A stretch of DNA of 64,000 bases from an uncultured Clostridia bacterium (GTDB taxonomy: Bacteria > Bacillota > Clostridia > Christensenellales > UBA1242), in assembly GCA_944348085.1 (NCBI GenBank), contig CALVMU010000001.1, positions 1,703 to 65,702 on the forward strand, in the 5' to 3' direction. The position numbers and the translations under genes are program-made. Each line of letters opens with the position of its first letter. The stretch's first letter is position 1. The notes under the pieces are model-generated. The model saw only the letters and a program-made list of their open reading frames with translations, was not told where the DNA came from and did not search any database. This document shows, one piece after another, positions 63,087 to 64,000 of the stretch.

Positions 63087-64000
63087 TTATTTTCCAAGTT
63101 TTCTCAAAATGGTTCTAGCGATTGCCTTTGCGTCAAAGCCTGCTTCTTTATAGATTTTTTCACCATTTCCACTGCCTTGATAGTCGTTTACGCCAACAAA
63201 CAATCCGTTTTCGCCAATGTATTTGTGCCAAATTGAGTCGTTTGATGCCTCAATTGCAACCTTAAGCGACCCGCTTAACACCTTTGATTTGTAAGCTGGA
63301 GATTGTTTGTCAAAAATCTGAGTGCAAGGCATTGAAACAACCGTTGTTGCAACTTTCTTTTCAAGCTCTTGTTGAACTTTAAGTGCAAGTGCCACCTCTG
63401 TTCCAGAGGCAATAATGGTCACTTTTGGCTCTTTTTTGCCAGATTTTAAAATATAACCGCCAGAAAGCGCCCCTTTAAATTTGCCTTCAACAGCTTCCAT
63501 TTGATTTTTTGCTAAGATGATGGCAATAGGGCCAGCATTACTCAGCGCATATTGATAGCAAGCAAGAAGCTCGCTTGCGTCGCTTGGTCTAAACACAGTC
63601 AGTCCTTCAATTGCACGAAGCTGAGCAATTTGTTCAATTGGCTGATGAGTTGGTCCGTCCTCTCCAATCAAAATGCTGTCGTGAGTGAAGAAATATATCA
63701 CGCTAAGCTTCATCATAGCGCTAAGGCGAATGCTTGGAAGCATATAGTTTGAAAATGCAAACAGTGTTGAGCAGAATGGAATATAGTCTTCATAAAGAGC
63801 AATTCCGTTGCAGATGCCAGCCATAGCATGTTCGCGCACTCCAAAATGGATGTTTCTTCCCCTTCTGTTTGCCGATGAGAAATAGCCTCCATTTTCAATA
63901 AATGCCCTAGTTGACGAAACCACATCAGCGCTTCCACCAATCATTTGCAGATATTTTTCAGCAATTTCGTTTAAGATGACTTTGTTTAAATCTCTTCCGC
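63087..64000 (-). CDS. tkt: Transketolase, C-terminal ~300 aa (the gene continues beyond the right edge)
   Basis: The reading frame stays open to position 64000 (..NEIAEKYLQMIGGSADV..). GRNIHFGVREHAM and GEDGPTHQPIEQ motifs belong to full-length transketolase. Confidence 0.85.
   Translation of the reverse strand, partial: GRDLNKVILNEIAEKYLQMIGGSADVVSSTRAFIENGGYFSSANRRGRNIHFGVREHAMAGICNGIALYEDYIPFCSTLFAFSNYMLPSIRLSAMMKLSVIYFFTHDSILIGEDGPTHQPIEQIAQLRAIEGLTVFRPSDASELLACYQYALSNAGPIAIILAKNQMEAVEGKFKGALSGGYILKSGKKEPKVTIIASGTEVALALKVQQELEKKVATTVVSMPCTQIFDKQSPAYKSKVLSGSLKVAIEASNDSIWHKYIGENGLFVGVNDYQGSGNGEKIYKEAGFDAKAIARTILRKLGK

Overview
AT-rich chromosomal segment from an endospore-forming Firmicute (Clostridia-like). 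Sporulation genes are spoVAC and the spoIIAA-spoIIAB-sigF operon. Housekeeping genes are lgt, valS, cysS, recD2, comF, a short alaS, truA, PFOR and a tkt fragment. Transport genes are a MarR regulator with three ABC exporter genes, an MFS transporter and an orphan substrate-binding protein. There are also two very large GLUG-type repeat surface proteins, an SbcD/SbcC-like pair, an orphan phage terminase large subunit, two GNAT genes, a stand-alone Spo0A-C-like regulator, degV, and 11 tRNA genes in four loci. No CRISPR array, rRNA, IS element, integrase or complete prophage was seen. The most unusual content is non-coding. Four tRNA genes (Phe, Glu, Leu-UAA, Leu-CAA) are flanked by structured modules built from pieces of the neighbouring tRNA. 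The pieces are 5' halves with hairpin inserts in the D or anticodon loop, reverse-complement copies of the tRNA's own T arm, and duplicated 3' ends. All modules share a hairpin family, CCCNAAAA(T)C-loop-G(A)TTTTNGGG, that shows compensatory substitutions. I know of no described element class with this architecture, and it is my top candidate for an undescribed system (tRNA-derived sRNAs or decoys, or recombination sites). Secondary leads are listed below.
- A cloverleaf-like 5' leader sits in front of the 1362-aa surface protein gene.
- A G9 tract lies in a promoter spacer.
- A Rho paralog has lost its P-loop.
- A nucleoside-hydrolase/metallophosphoesterase fusion is present.
- A GNAT cassette is flanked by 85-bp repeats.
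- A membrane-spanning SbcC-like ATPase is present.
All functional calls come from reading motifs by eye. No database search was run.
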